Shown one piece after another: positions 27,836 to 37,613 of a DNA stretch of 64,000 nt (positions within the stretch are counted from its first letter, which is position 1; each line of letters opens with the position of its first letter). Under the pieces are notes generated by a model. That model did no database searches. It saw only the letters and a program-made list of their open reading frames with translations, and was not told where the DNA came from. The stretch spans positions 92,951-156,950 of the forward strand of contig CAYSEQ010000001.1 of assembly GCA_964430475.1 (NCBI GenBank). Reading direction: 5' to 3'. Source of the stretch: an uncultured Gammaproteobacteria bacterium. Its GTDB lineage: Bacteria; Patescibacteriota; Microgenomatia; UBA8517. A program made the translations under genes and the position numbers.

Positions 27836-29430
27836 TATATCTTTTTTGAAAATTCCAACATTATTTTAGCCGGCAATCTACCCTCAAGAAGTACCACACT
27901 ATCCTTAGAATTTAATATACCTTTCACAATTTGATAAAGCTTATCTTCGTTGACATATATAAGCTTATCTTTCTTGGTCATACCTTTTTTTAAGTCATTC
28001 AAAAAATCTCTGTTCGTCAAATACACTATTTCGGCTTTACCGCTTAGCAACTTTCCAATCTTTTGATGAATAGCACCTGATCTTTGACCTAATTCTATAA
28101 TTCCACTGGTTATGACAATTCTTCTTTTATTTTTGAAACTTTTTAAATAATTTATAGCAGCCTCAAATGAGGATGGTGTAGAGTTATATGTATCATCAAT
28201 GATGATGTTGCCTCCCAACTCATAAACATTCATTGTCCCTTTTGGTAAAACCAGATTCTTAACACCTTCTTCTATCTTTTTCCAAGAAACGCCAAAAAGT
28301 TTAGCGACTAAAATTCCAGCAGTAAGATTTTCGAGAAGGTGTTCTCCAGTCAAATTAGTGGAAAAAACATGCTTTGCGCTTTTATATTTTACTTCGAAAA
28401 CAATACTTTTTCTTTTAAAAGATAAAACTCTTGCAACAATGTCCGCGTTTTCATCCCAACTTTCTTGGGTACTATGTTTAACAAAATAACTCAAAACCTT
28501 TAGTTTTGACTTGAGTTTCTTTGCTCGTAAAAAAAGCTCTCGGCAATGTTTATTGTTAAAATTAAAAATCGCAAGACCTTCTTGAGGTAAACTTTCAATT
28601 AACTCAAATTTCGCTTTTTTAATGTTTTCTAAGCTTCCAAACAAGGCAAGATGCTGTTCTTCAATCCCTGTCAATATGCCAATAGATGGATGTACAATCT
28701 CGGTAAGTTTTTTTATTTCTCCCCTCTTATAAGCCCCCATTTCAACGACAAAAAATTCAGTTCCAGACTTAACATTCAGAATCGCCTTTCTAGCTACACC
28801 AAACTCTGTATTTTCGCTTCCTTCTGTCTTTGCTACCTTGAATTTTTGAGATAAAAGATGCGCTACAAATTCCTTGGTAGTTGTCTTCCCATAGCTTCCC
28901 GTAATTCCAATAACAATCGGTTTTACACTATCTAAGACTTCACGAGCTTTCTTGATTTCCTCTCTTTTAATCTTATTAACAATGGGAGTCGTCCATAAAA
29001 TACCAAGGAAGGGTGTAACTAACAACAAAACCTCGCCTACCAAAAGATTTCTGAAAAAAAGGGTAGCCAGGATCCCTAAAACCGAAGCCAAAAAAATCTT
29101 CTGAGCTCTCTGTGTAAATACCGGCTTTTTTAGGTTCTTTGTAAAAAGTTTCCAAAATGTCAGGAAATCAAGATATAGAATTCCAATCAAAAACAAAAAC
29201 CCTACAGGATAAAGCTTTAAAAAAAACGCTGTTAGGATCTTGAAAAAGATGAATAAAATACCCAATTTCTTTACACCTTCGTAGGATTTAAAAAAAACCG
29301 AGAATCTGTCCCAACGATACTCCTTTGTTTGTAACCAATATATCCAGTTTAATATCTGTGAAAAAGCCTGGATTGCCCAAAAAACAAAAATCGTAAAAAA
29401 ATTTAATGAGAGAAAATCTGTTTCTGCCAT
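27835..29430 (-). CDS. murF: MurF-like Mur ligase (D-Ala-D-Ala adding enzyme) in which an N-terminal ~150-aa four-TM domain replaces the usual N-terminal domain
   Basis: The P-loop IGITGSYGKTTTKE, the MurF C-terminal DDTYNSTPSSFEAAINYL, and 4 hydrophobic helices in residues 1-150 with no internal Met before the ligase core. Confidence 0.65.
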   Translation of the reverse strand: MAETDFLSLNFFTIFVFWAIQAFSQILNWIYWLQTKEYRWDRFSVFFKSYEGVKKLGILFIFFKILTAFFLKLYPVGFLFLIGILYLDFLTFWKLFTKNLKKPVFTQRAQKIFLASVLGILATLFFRNLLVGEVLLLVTPFLGILWTTPIVNKIKREEIKKAREVLDSVKPIVIGITGSYGKTTTKEFVAHLLSQKFKVAKTEGSENTEFGVARKAILNVKSGTEFFVVEMGAYKRGEIKKLTEIVHPSIGILTGIEEQHLALFGSLENIKKAKFELIESLPQEGLAIFNFNNKHCRELFLRAKKLKSKLKVLSYFVKHSTQESWDENADIVARVLSFKRKSIVFEVKYKSAKHVFSTNLTGEHLLENLTAGILVAKLFGVSWKKIEEGVKNLVLPKGTMNVYELGGNIIIDDTYNSTPSSFEAAINYLKSFKNKRRIVITSGIIELGQRSGAIHQKIGKLLSGKAEIVYLTNRDFLNDLKKGMTKKDKLIYVNEDKLYQIVKGILNSKDSVVLLEGRLPAKIMLEFSKKI

Positions 29431-30122
29431 GAGTTTATTTCTAAAGCTACCTTTTTAGGGTCTTCGTAAGGAAGTCTATGGCCCTGGTTTTCAAAAACCA
29501 CAAGTTTACTTCCCAAAATGCGGGATTTTAGAAAGAATGCGTCTTTAATTGGAGTCATCTTATCTTTTTCTCCCCAAAGAATAAGTACAGGAATTTTAAT
29601 TTTACTTACAGAATCTTTCAAATCCTCATTAACAACCTTCTTAAATATCTCGCGCATAATCCCTTGAGTCTTCTCGTAATCGTGTTCCCTGGCTAATTTG
29701 TAAAGTAGCCTTCTAAAGTTCTTAGCAATTTTAGGATAAATCAAAAATACCTTCCCTAACTTCGCAACTAAAATGAAAACTAATCTTTTTAAAAAAATTG
29801 TTCTTGAAATTCCTCTTGTTTCACAAAGAATTATTCCATAAAGATCTCGTTTATGATTTAAGGCAAGTTTTAATGCAATCGCTCCGCCAAAAGAATGTCC
29901 AAAGACAAAAAACTTTACTTTTGAAAATCTTTTCTCTGCTTTTTTTAAAACATAATCAGAATATTCCTTTAACCCCCAAACCTTCTTTGGTGCGGGCCTC
30001 CCAAAACCTGGAAGCTTGATAAGAAAAACACGCCAACCAAGACCTAAAAGTTCTTTTTTGAGTGGGATCAGGCTTTCTGTCTTTGCACCCCAACCGTGAA
30101 TAAGAACTATATTTTTAAGCAT
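29403..30122 (-). CDS. Alpha/beta-hydrolase fold protein
   Basis: IVLIHGWG..., the nucleophile elbow GHSFGG and a C-terminal His. It overlaps murF by 28 nt. Confidence 0.65.
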   Translation of the reverse strand: MLKNIVLIHGWGAKTESLIPLKKELLGLGWRVFLIKLPGFGRPAPKKVWGLKEYSDYVLKKAEKRFSKVKFFVFGHSFGGAIALKLALNHKRDLYGIILCETRGISRTIFLKRLVFILVAKLGKVFLIYPKIAKNFRRLLYKLAREHDYEKTQGIMREIFKKVVNEDLKDSVSKIKIPVLILWGEKDKMTPIKDAFFLKSRILGSKLVVFENQGHRLPYEDPKKVALEINSWQKQIFSH

Positions 30123-30197
30123 TTAAGATTTTCTTAATAAATTAAGAACTTAAAATTATAGAGAATTAGTAGGTTTAAGTATTTTTTAACATAAAAT

Positions 30198-31607
30198 TTA
30201 GAAAGTTAACGATCTAACTGCTTCTTTAAATTGATAACCCCGATCCTTATAATCTTTAAACATATCAAATGAGGCAGCTGCAGGTGAAAGAAGTACCACC
30301 CCACCTTTAGGTGTAATCTCAAAAGACTTCTGGATCAACTCTTGCATTTTAGGATACCCAAGTTCTAGTAAATTTCCTCTAAAATTTGCCCTTTTAATAG
30401 AACGCTTTATCTTTTTCGCTATCTGCCCAATCAAGATTACATTTGCTATATTTTTGGCTTTTGAAATTTCTTTTCCAAGAAGGTCATAATTCAACCCCTT
30501 ATCAGATCCACCAAGAATCAATGTGAGAGGTTCTTCAAATGAACGCAGTGCGGCTATTGTAGTTTGAGGATTAGTCGAAAACGAATCATTGTAAAAAGAT
30601 ACTCCTTTGACTTCCGCAACTAATTCTAGTCTGTGCTCAAGTCCTTTAAAAGAAAAAAGGACCTTTCTTATCGTCAGTGGATGGACACCAGCAAGATATG
30701 CCGCACAAGCTGCTGCACAAATGTTTTCCCAGTTATGCTTCCCCCTCAACAATAAGTCTTGGGTATCTCCTATTTCCATAGACCTTCCAGAAAAATTAAT
30801 AAAAATCTTTCCATTTTTTACATATGCTCCTTTTACTTTCTTTTTAGTACTAAAATAAAAGACTTTAGCGTTAGTAAGACGCGAGAAAGACTTTGAAACT
30901 TTATAGTCAAATGCTAAAACGCAAAAATCCTCCTTCGCCTGATGCCTAACAATCTGAGACTTTGCTTTTATGTATTCCTCCTTGTCTTTGTGCCAGTCAA
31001 GATGGTCCTCGGTAATATTTAAAACAACACTGATATGTGGACTCTTAGTCAAATCTATTAGCTGAAAGGAGGAGAGCTCTAAAACAACCCAATCGCTGGG
31101 CTTAAGTTTGGGTAAAAGTTCCAAAACAGGCAGACCTATATTGCCAGCAAGATAAACGCTCCTCCCATCTTTTTTCAAAATTTCATAGATCAAGGTGCTT
31201 GTAGTACCTTTTCCTTTAGTGCCAGTGACACCTATGATCCTTGCTTGACAATCATCAAAAAAAACTTTAATTGCTGAAGTAACAAAAACACCTTTACTTT
31301 CTGCCTCAACTATCTCAGGAAGATATCTGTAAACTGCCGGTGTACGAAAAATACAATCAAAACTACCTAATCCATGTTTTAAATAGTTCCTACCAAGAAC
31401 AAGTCTTGCCTTCCGGATATCAAAACCCGAAAAATCTAGTTCTTTCTTTGTCTTTCTATCAAATATTGTCAATTCAGCGCCATTTTTAAGTAAATACTTT
31501 GCTGAATCTAAGCCATTAATTCCCCAACCCAAGATTGCGATTTTTTTACTCTTCCAATTATTCATCTTTAGTAGTAAAGGTATGATAAAACTAAAAAATT
31601 TAATCAA
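30198..31607 (-). CDS. murD: UDP-N-acetylmuramoylalanine--D-glutamate ligase MurD
   Basis: KIAILGWGINGLDSAKYLLKNGAELTIFD (MurD Rossmann), GVTGTKGKGTT and LAGNIGLPVLELL. Confidence 0.8.
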   Translation of the reverse strand: MIKFFSFIIPLLLKMNNWKSKKIAILGWGINGLDSAKYLLKNGAELTIFDRKTKKELDFSGFDIRKARLVLGRNYLKHGLGSFDCIFRTPAVYRYLPEIVEAESKGVFVTSAIKVFFDDCQARIIGVTGTKGKGTTSTLIYEILKKDGRSVYLAGNIGLPVLELLPKLKPSDWVVLELSSFQLIDLTKSPHISVVLNITEDHLDWHKDKEEYIKAKSQIVRHQAKEDFCVLAFDYKVSKSFSRLTNAKVFYFSTKKKVKGAYVKNGKIFINFSGRSMEIGDTQDLLLRGKHNWENICAAACAAYLAGVHPLTIRKVLFSFKGLEHRLELVAEVKGVSFYNDSFSTNPQTTIAALRSFEEPLTLILGGSDKGLNYDLLGKEISKAKNIANVILIGQIAKKIKRSIKRANFRGNLLELGYPKMQELIQKSFEITPKGGVVLLSPAAASFDMFKDYKDRGYQFKEAVRSLTF

Positions 31608-32661
31608 ATCCTATAAACTGAACCTCAGGCTCAAGCTTGATACCAAACTTATTATAAATATCACTAGAAATTACCTCAGAAAGTTTCTTTATGTCTTTGG
31701 CGGTGGCTTTCTTCCTGTAATTTGTAATCACTAGTGCGTTTTTACTAGATACTCTTGCACCTCCTATACCTTTTCCCCTCCAACCCGCTTTATCAATTAA
31801 CCAACCTGCAAATAGCTTATACCTATTCTCTCCATCCTCGTAAAAAGGCATGTCAGGGTATTTTTTAATTAAAGCTTTGAAAATCTTTTTCCCTACAAAA
31901 GGATTTTTGAAAAAAGACCCAGCATTCCCAACAAATTTGGGATTTTCAAGCTTCTTCCTTCTTAAATAAAGAACAGCTTTTCTTACCTCTTTTAATGTCG
32001 GATTTATAACATTTTTTTTCATAAAATAGTCAGTAAGGGACTTATAGGTAAGTGTCGGGGTAGCATTTTTCTTTAACATAAGAAATACTTCGGTAATTAA
32101 ATAGCGTCCAATGTTTCGGGGAATCTTAAATATACTAGATCTATAAGAAAATTTGCAGTCGTTTTTTGAGAAAGTTACAAATTTTTGTTCCTTAAAATCA
32201 AAAGCGATAAGTTTCACAAATGTATCCTTTAATTCTTGGCCGTAGGCACCTATATTTTGGATAGGTGAAGCACCAACTGTTCCGGGAATCCCTGAAAGGC
32301 ATTCTATGCCTTGTAAATTTTTATCAACGCAGATTTTTACCAATCGATCCCATTTTAAACCGGCTTGAGCTTTAACTAAAACATGCCCTTTCCTTTTTGT
32401 AAAACTCACTTTATTACCTCTAAATTTTATTACCAAACCCTTAAAACCAGAATCATTTATAAGAATATTACTTCCCTCACCAATGACAAAAATCGGCAAT
32501 TTTTTTTCTTTCGCAAATAAGACTGCTTGCAAAACATCATTTTTTGTCTTTAAGACGCAAAAATATTGAGCTTTTCCTCCAACCTGAAATGTAGTCAAAT
32601 CTCTAAGATTAACATTCTTATAAAATATCAAGTTTGTATTATCTACTGAAACATTAAGCAT
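31600..32661 (-). CDS. murB: UDP-N-acetylenolpyruvoylglucosamine reductase MurB
   Basis: LTTFQVGG.A, an FAD-binding N-terminal domain and IGEGSNIL. Confidence 0.8.
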   Translation of the reverse strand: MLNVSVDNTNLIFYKNVNLRDLTTFQVGGKAQYFCVLKTKNDVLQAVLFAKEKKLPIFVIGEGSNILINDSGFKGLVIKFRGNKVSFTKRKGHVLVKAQAGLKWDRLVKICVDKNLQGIECLSGIPGTVGASPIQNIGAYGQELKDTFVKLIAFDFKEQKFVTFSKNDCKFSYRSSIFKIPRNIGRYLITEVFLMLKKNATPTLTYKSLTDYFMKKNVINPTLKEVRKAVLYLRRKKLENPKFVGNAGSFFKNPFVGKKIFKALIKKYPDMPFYEDGENRYKLFAGWLIDKAGWRGKGIGGARVSSKNALVITNYRKKATAKDIKKLSEVISSDIYNKFGIKLEPEVQFIGFD

Positions 32662-32666
32662 TTTTC

Positions 32667-34238
32667 TTATCTTTTTATTTCTTTAACGCCACCTCTAAGT
32701 GCTACCTTCACTGCATCAAAGTCCGACCATTCGTATTCTTTTCCATTATAAGCCATGCTCATTTCATGTCCCTTTCCACAGATTATAATAACATCTTCTT
32801 TTTTGGCTAATTTTTGAATAGCAAACGAAATTGCCTCTCCCCTTTCAGGAATTCTTATAAACACATGGTTTGGATTTTTTCCTAACTTATTTAAAACAGT
32901 AAGATTTCTTTTGTTTCCTAATTTGATTTCTTTGGAGTTATTTTTTTTAGCGCCCTTCACCATCTCCCTAATAATATCGTTGACATTTTCACTTCTGGGG
33001 TCTTCTGCGGTAAATATTGAGACATCTGCAATACGCGTTGATATCTCACCCATCAAAGATCTTTTCCCAACATCTCGCTCACCGGCACAACCTAAAACAG
33101 CAATCAACCTTCCCTTATTCCTTTTTTCTATCATCCTTTTTAAATATCCAAGCACATTCTCTAAGGAATTCGGAGTGTGAGCAAAATCTATAAAAATATC
33201 AAGTTTAGCTTTCTTTATCTTTTCTAAACGTCCTTTAGGGGTCTGAAATTGAGCGATATATTTTTTAAGTTTCTGGATATCGGGTGTATAAAATTTCACT
33301 GCCGCAATAGCCGCCAAAATATTATAAACATTATATTCCCCTAAAAGCTTAGTTCTAACACTAAAGGACCTCACACCGTCAATAAGCTCAAAAGTGGTGT
33401 ATGAATCAGATTCGTTTATGTTTATGGCTAAAATATCGGATCCTTTGTCCTTCAATCCATAAGTAATGATTTCTACGGATGGATCTATTTCTTTCTTAAA
33501 CGCTGTATATATATTTGGATCATCTTTATTAAGAACTGCTTTTTTAGTATGTTTAAAAAGCTTTATTTTAGCCTGAAGATACTTTTGGAAAGTTTTATGG
33601 TAATCAAGATGCTCATGAGTGACATTTGTTAAGACTGCACAATCAAAATCAATGCCAAATACCCTTTCTTGATCTAGTGCATGAGAGGTAACCTCCAACA
33701 CAGCAAACTCACACCTTTGTTTTACCATCTTGTACAAAAGGCTATGAAGTAATGTCGGATCTGGACTCGTTACATGAAGTCCAGTATCAAATTCTTTTTC
33801 TTTAATTTTTGCTCCGATTGTTGAAATCAGTCCCGTTTTATGACCCAAAGAATTTAACAATTCACTAATTAAAGTTGAAACCGTTGTCTTACCATCAGTT
33901 CCAGTCACACCTATAATTTTTAAGTTCCTGGAAGGGTAGCCATAAAAAGCAGCAGAAAGTAGACCCAAAAACTTTCTAGAATCCTCGACTTTAATATAAA
34001 CCACTTCATTTGGAATTTTTCTTGAGGATTTTGGATTTTCACTTACGATAACCTTGGCTCCTTTTTGAATCGCATCAAAAATGAAGGTGTTACCGTCAAC
34101 ATGTAAGCCTTTAATGGCAACAAAGAGACTTCCCTCTCCAATTTCCCTTGAATCTTGAGATATTTTTTTAACATCATAATCCTTAAAATTATATATCTTA
34201 CAATTTGAAATTCCCTGAAGAAGACGGGTCAGTTTCAT
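32667..34238 (-). CDS. murE: MurE (UDP-MurNAc-L-Ala-D-Glu : diamino acid ligase)
   Basis: The DSREIGEGSLFVAIKG N-terminal signature and IIGVTGTDGKTT. The specificity motif reads EDPR rather than the canonical DNPR. Confidence 0.85.
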   Translation of the reverse strand: MKLTRLLQGISNCKIYNFKDYDVKKISQDSREIGEGSLFVAIKGLHVDGNTFIFDAIQKGAKVIVSENPKSSRKIPNEVVYIKVEDSRKFLGLLSAAFYGYPSRNLKIIGVTGTDGKTTVSTLISELLNSLGHKTGLISTIGAKIKEKEFDTGLHVTSPDPTLLHSLLYKMVKQRCEFAVLEVTSHALDQERVFGIDFDCAVLTNVTHEHLDYHKTFQKYLQAKIKLFKHTKKAVLNKDDPNIYTAFKKEIDPSVEIITYGLKDKGSDILAININESDSYTTFELIDGVRSFSVRTKLLGEYNVYNILAAIAAVKFYTPDIQKLKKYIAQFQTPKGRLEKIKKAKLDIFIDFAHTPNSLENVLGYLKRMIEKRNKGRLIAVLGCAGERDVGKRSLMGEISTRIADVSIFTAEDPRSENVNDIIREMVKGAKKNNSKEIKLGNKRNLTVLNKLGKNPNHVFIRIPERGEAISFAIQKLAKKEDVIIICGKGHEMSMAYNGKEYEWSDFDAVKVALRGGVKEIKR

Positions 34239-34262
34239 AATTCAACAAAAATCGAAAACGCC

Positions 34263-35546
34263 CTATATTTCCTCAATTTTAGCACCTAATTTTTTTAAGT
34301 TTTGGGAAAAATGAGGATGTCCTCTATACAGTGCATCAGCATTTAATATTACCGTTTCTCCCTCGGAAATCATAGCTGAAATAACCATTGCCACTACTGC
34401 ACGAATAATGTAAGGAGCTTCCAGTATCGCACCCCTTAATTTATTTCCGGCAATAACGATAACTCTATGAGGATCCGCCATTATAATATTCGCTCCCAGT
34501 TTTCCCAACTCCGATGTCCAAAAAAGTCCTGCTTCGTACATCCAGTTATGAAAAAGTACTTGTCCTTCTTTTGCAGCAAGTGCAAGTGGAATAAAAAGAG
34601 GTAAAATGTCCACAGGAAGTGCAGGCCAAGGTTGAGCTTTTACAACTAAGGTTTTTCTCCCTTCCTCAGAAGAGATAACAATCTCATCCTGGTCAACATA
34701 AGCACTGCCATCCTTATACTTAATCCTAACGCCAAACTTCTCAAAAATTCTTGCAATTGGCTTAAACTCTCTTTGCAAGGCATCATGTACTACCACTTTC
34801 CCTTTGGTGGCGGAAGCCATTGCCAAAAAAGTGGCGATTTCATAATGGTCGCTCAATATCCTGTGCTCGGTTGGTTTTAACAATTTTCCTCCTTCAATTT
34901 CCAGAATATTTGAACCTACCCCATCTATCTTTGCTCCACAAGCGTTCAAAAAGTTACAGAGATCCTGCACTTGAAGTTCGCAAGCACCTCCAATAATCTT
35001 TGTTTTACCTGGAAGTCCAACAGCTAGCATGATCGCATTCTCTGTTGCCGTGGGGCTGACTTCAGTAAGCCAAATTTCTCTTGCTTTAGCCTCTCTGGCA
35101 TCCATAGAAACACTTGAAGTAGTCTCTCTTATCTTCACACCCAAATCCCTAAACGCTTGATAATGTGGATCTAATGTTCTATACCCAAGCGTGCAGCCAC
35201 CTGGCAAATCCTTAAAAACTACTTTCTTGAACCTATAAAGCATTGGTCCCCAGAGAAGGGATGTCCCTCTCATATTTCCTAAATCCTCTTTATCCAAGTT
35301 TTTAAAAGACAAATTTTTGTTATCGATTGTCAATGTCTTATTCTCTTTATCCCACAACACTTTACTCCCCATTTTTTGGAGTATATTCAGAAGTCTTGTA
35401 ACATCCGTTATATCTGGGACATTTTTGAATTTTACGGGTTGATCAAACAAAATACTGGCAGGAATCAAAGCAACTGCTGAGTTTTTACTTCCAGAAGGAT
35501 ACACTTCACCTTCAAGTCTTTGACAACCAATTACTCTTATATTCAT
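34263..35546 (-). CDS. murA: UDP-N-acetylglucosamine 1-carboxyvinyltransferase MurA
   Basis: YPSGSKNSAV and LPGGCTLGYR (catalytic Cys) in an EPSP-synthase fold. Confidence 0.85.
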   Translation of the reverse strand: MNIRVIGCQRLEGEVYPSGSKNSAVALIPASILFDQPVKFKNVPDITDVTRLLNILQKMGSKVLWDKENKTLTIDNKNLSFKNLDKEDLGNMRGTSLLWGPMLYRFKKVVFKDLPGGCTLGYRTLDPHYQAFRDLGVKIRETTSSVSMDAREAKAREIWLTEVSPTATENAIMLAVGLPGKTKIIGGACELQVQDLCNFLNACGAKIDGVGSNILEIEGGKLLKPTEHRILSDHYEIATFLAMASATKGKVVVHDALQREFKPIARIFEKFGVRIKYKDGSAYVDQDEIVISSEEGRKTLVVKAQPWPALPVDILPLFIPLALAAKEGQVLFHNWMYEAGLFWTSELGKLGANIIMADPHRVIVIAGNKLRGAILEAPYIIRAVVAMVISAMISEGETVILNADALYRGHPHFSQNLKKLGAKIEEI

Positions 35547-35574
35547 AAATTCTTCTTATTCTATCACAAATTCT

Positions 35575-37287
35575 TTATTTTTCAGGCTGAATTTTAAAGA
35601 TGTCAAAAAGTTCCTTCGCAATCGAATACCACAAGGGTGCAGCTGTTTCAGAAGCCCATGGCGAACTTTTTGGCTCTTTGAGACTTACAAGCATTACAAA
35701 TTTAGGATCGTCAAATGGAGCAAATCCTACAAAAGAAGCAATAGTCTTTTCCTCATCATAGTGTCCTTCTATAGGAATCTGTGCTGTGCCGGTTTTTCCT
35801 GCTACCTTAAATCCAGGAATATTAGTCCATTTTGACTCTCCCCTTTTAGCTGCTTCATACATCATATAAGAAACTTCATCAGCTGCCTCCTTGGATATTA
35901 CCCTACCTCGTACCTCCGGCTTTATATCTTCAACCCAATTTTCACCAACAATTTTGTCAACCACCTGAGGTTTTACCATAATACCATCATTTGCAATAGT
36001 AGCGGCTGCAACCAGCATTTGTATGGGGGTGACCGCGATTCCTTGCCCGAAACTTGCTGTTGCCAAATCTACCTCAGACCACTGCACCTTATCCCTTAAC
36101 CTCGGCGTATCTTCTCCCTGAAGATCAATTCCTGTCTTTTGACCAAATCCGAATTTACTTAAATAATCATATAATTTTTCAATCCCAAGTTTCTGAGCCA
36201 CAAACACCATGCCAACATTATCCGAATTAACAATAACTTCTATCATATTTGAATTAGGACGATACACATTATTCCAAGTTTCTATACTGTACTTTCCAAT
36301 CTTAACCGGACCTGCACATATGTTGCAAACAGTTTCAGGTTCAACAACTTTAGCGTCTAAGGCTGAAGCCATAACTATTATCTTGAAAATGGAGCCTGGC
36401 TCAAATGAACTAGAAATGACAGGATTTGAAAAAAGCGAATCTGAAAACTTCCAATACTTTGCTGGATCATAACTTGGGTAGGATGCCATACCCAAAACTG
36501 CACCACTTTTAGGATCCATCACAACTGCCAATCCTTCGTTGCTTGCATACTTTTTTAAACCCTCAAGAAGTTCTCTTTCCAAAATAAGCTGAATTCTTTT
36601 ATCAATGTGTGTTTGTAAATCAACCCCGGATATAGCTTCAGACTCAGACTCTCTTGATACAAGAATTGGAATTCCTCCTACATCTTCTTCGCGCCTGGTA
36701 AAACCAGATTTGCCCGAAAGAATCAAATTATAAAAACCCTCCAAACCAAAATAACCAGTGTCCTCTCCTTGGCTATTTTTACCGACAAAACCTAAAAGGT
36801 GCGCGCTTGAAGAACCCTCAGGATAGAATCTTTTTTCCTCTCTTTGAAATCCTATCCCTTTTATATTTAAGTTTTCTATCTTACTTTTAGTCTCTGCGTC
36901 AATCCTACTTTTCAGGACTACCCACACTACATCTTTTTTAGTCAAAAGATTGAAAATTCTTTCAACCTCCTTTAAAACATCCTCCCTTTCATTAGGATCC
37001 TCCACAAAAAGGGGTGCTAATTCTTCCGCAATTTTCCTAGGATCTTTTTCTATGCGAGGCAAATCCGCAAAGACTAGCCACGCATCAGTGGTTGCAACCA
37101 ACCAACTTCCATCAGTTGACAATATCTCTCCTCGGTGAGCAAAAGTTTCCGAAGTTTTTTGATATTGTGCTCTTGCTTTCCTAGAAAATTCCTCGCCTTT
37201 ATAAACCTGCCAATAAAAAAGTCTTAGAATGATCAATAAAAAGGAAAAAATAAAGAAAAGCTTGACCAAAAAAACACGGGTTTGCAT
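35575..37287 (-). CDS. ftsI: Class B penicillin-binding protein / FtsI transpeptidase
   Basis: An N-terminal TM. SxxK (GSIFK), SxN (NSDN) and KTGT (AGKTGTA) motifs. Confidence 0.85.
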   Translation of the reverse strand: MQTRVFLVKLFFIFSFLLIILRLFYWQVYKGEEFSRKARAQYQKTSETFAHRGEILSTDGSWLVATTDAWLVFADLPRIEKDPRKIAEELAPLFVEDPNEREDVLKEVERIFNLLTKKDVVWVVLKSRIDAETKSKIENLNIKGIGFQREEKRFYPEGSSSAHLLGFVGKNSQGEDTGYFGLEGFYNLILSGKSGFTRREEDVGGIPILVSRESESEAISGVDLQTHIDKRIQLILERELLEGLKKYASNEGLAVVMDPKSGAVLGMASYPSYDPAKYWKFSDSLFSNPVISSSFEPGSIFKIIVMASALDAKVVEPETVCNICAGPVKIGKYSIETWNNVYRPNSNMIEVIVNSDNVGMVFVAQKLGIEKLYDYLSKFGFGQKTGIDLQGEDTPRLRDKVQWSEVDLATASFGQGIAVTPIQMLVAAATIANDGIMVKPQVVDKIVGENWVEDIKPEVRGRVISKEAADEVSYMMYEAAKRGESKWTNIPGFKVAGKTGTAQIPIEGHYDEEKTIASFVGFAPFDDPKFVMLVSLKEPKSSPWASETAAPLWYSIAKELFDIFKIQPEK

Positions 37288-37613
37288 TACTTCCTCAAGA
37301 AAGCAAACACATCCTCAACATCAATATAAATTTTTTGGTCAACTTTCCTAAATCCTAATTCCGAAGCTTTCTTCTCAAGCTCCATTAACGAGGTAGTATA
37401 GGCTAACTTACTTTCAATTTCTTTATTTTTTCTAGAAAGAGACTCAATTTCATCTTCTAAACGGCTTATTTGACCACCCCAACCCAAAACCTGCAAGGTT
37501 AAAAACACTTTTATAAGTACATAAACTCCTAAAGAAACGACCAATAATACTCTTTTATTTAGTCTTACCTTTTTTTCATTATTTTTTGTTTTTCTTAGAA
37601 AATTGTATTTCAT
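37287..37613 (-). CDS. ftsL: FtsL-like bitopic coiled-coil division protein
   Basis: A 108-aa protein with one TM plus a coiled coil, sitting between rsmH and ftsI. Confidence 0.45.
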   Translation of the reverse strand: MKYNFLRKTKNNEKKVRLNKRVLLVVSLGVYVLIKVFLTLQVLGWGGQISRLEDEIESLSRKNKEIESKLAYTTSLMELEKKASELGFRKVDQKIYIDVEDVFAFLRK

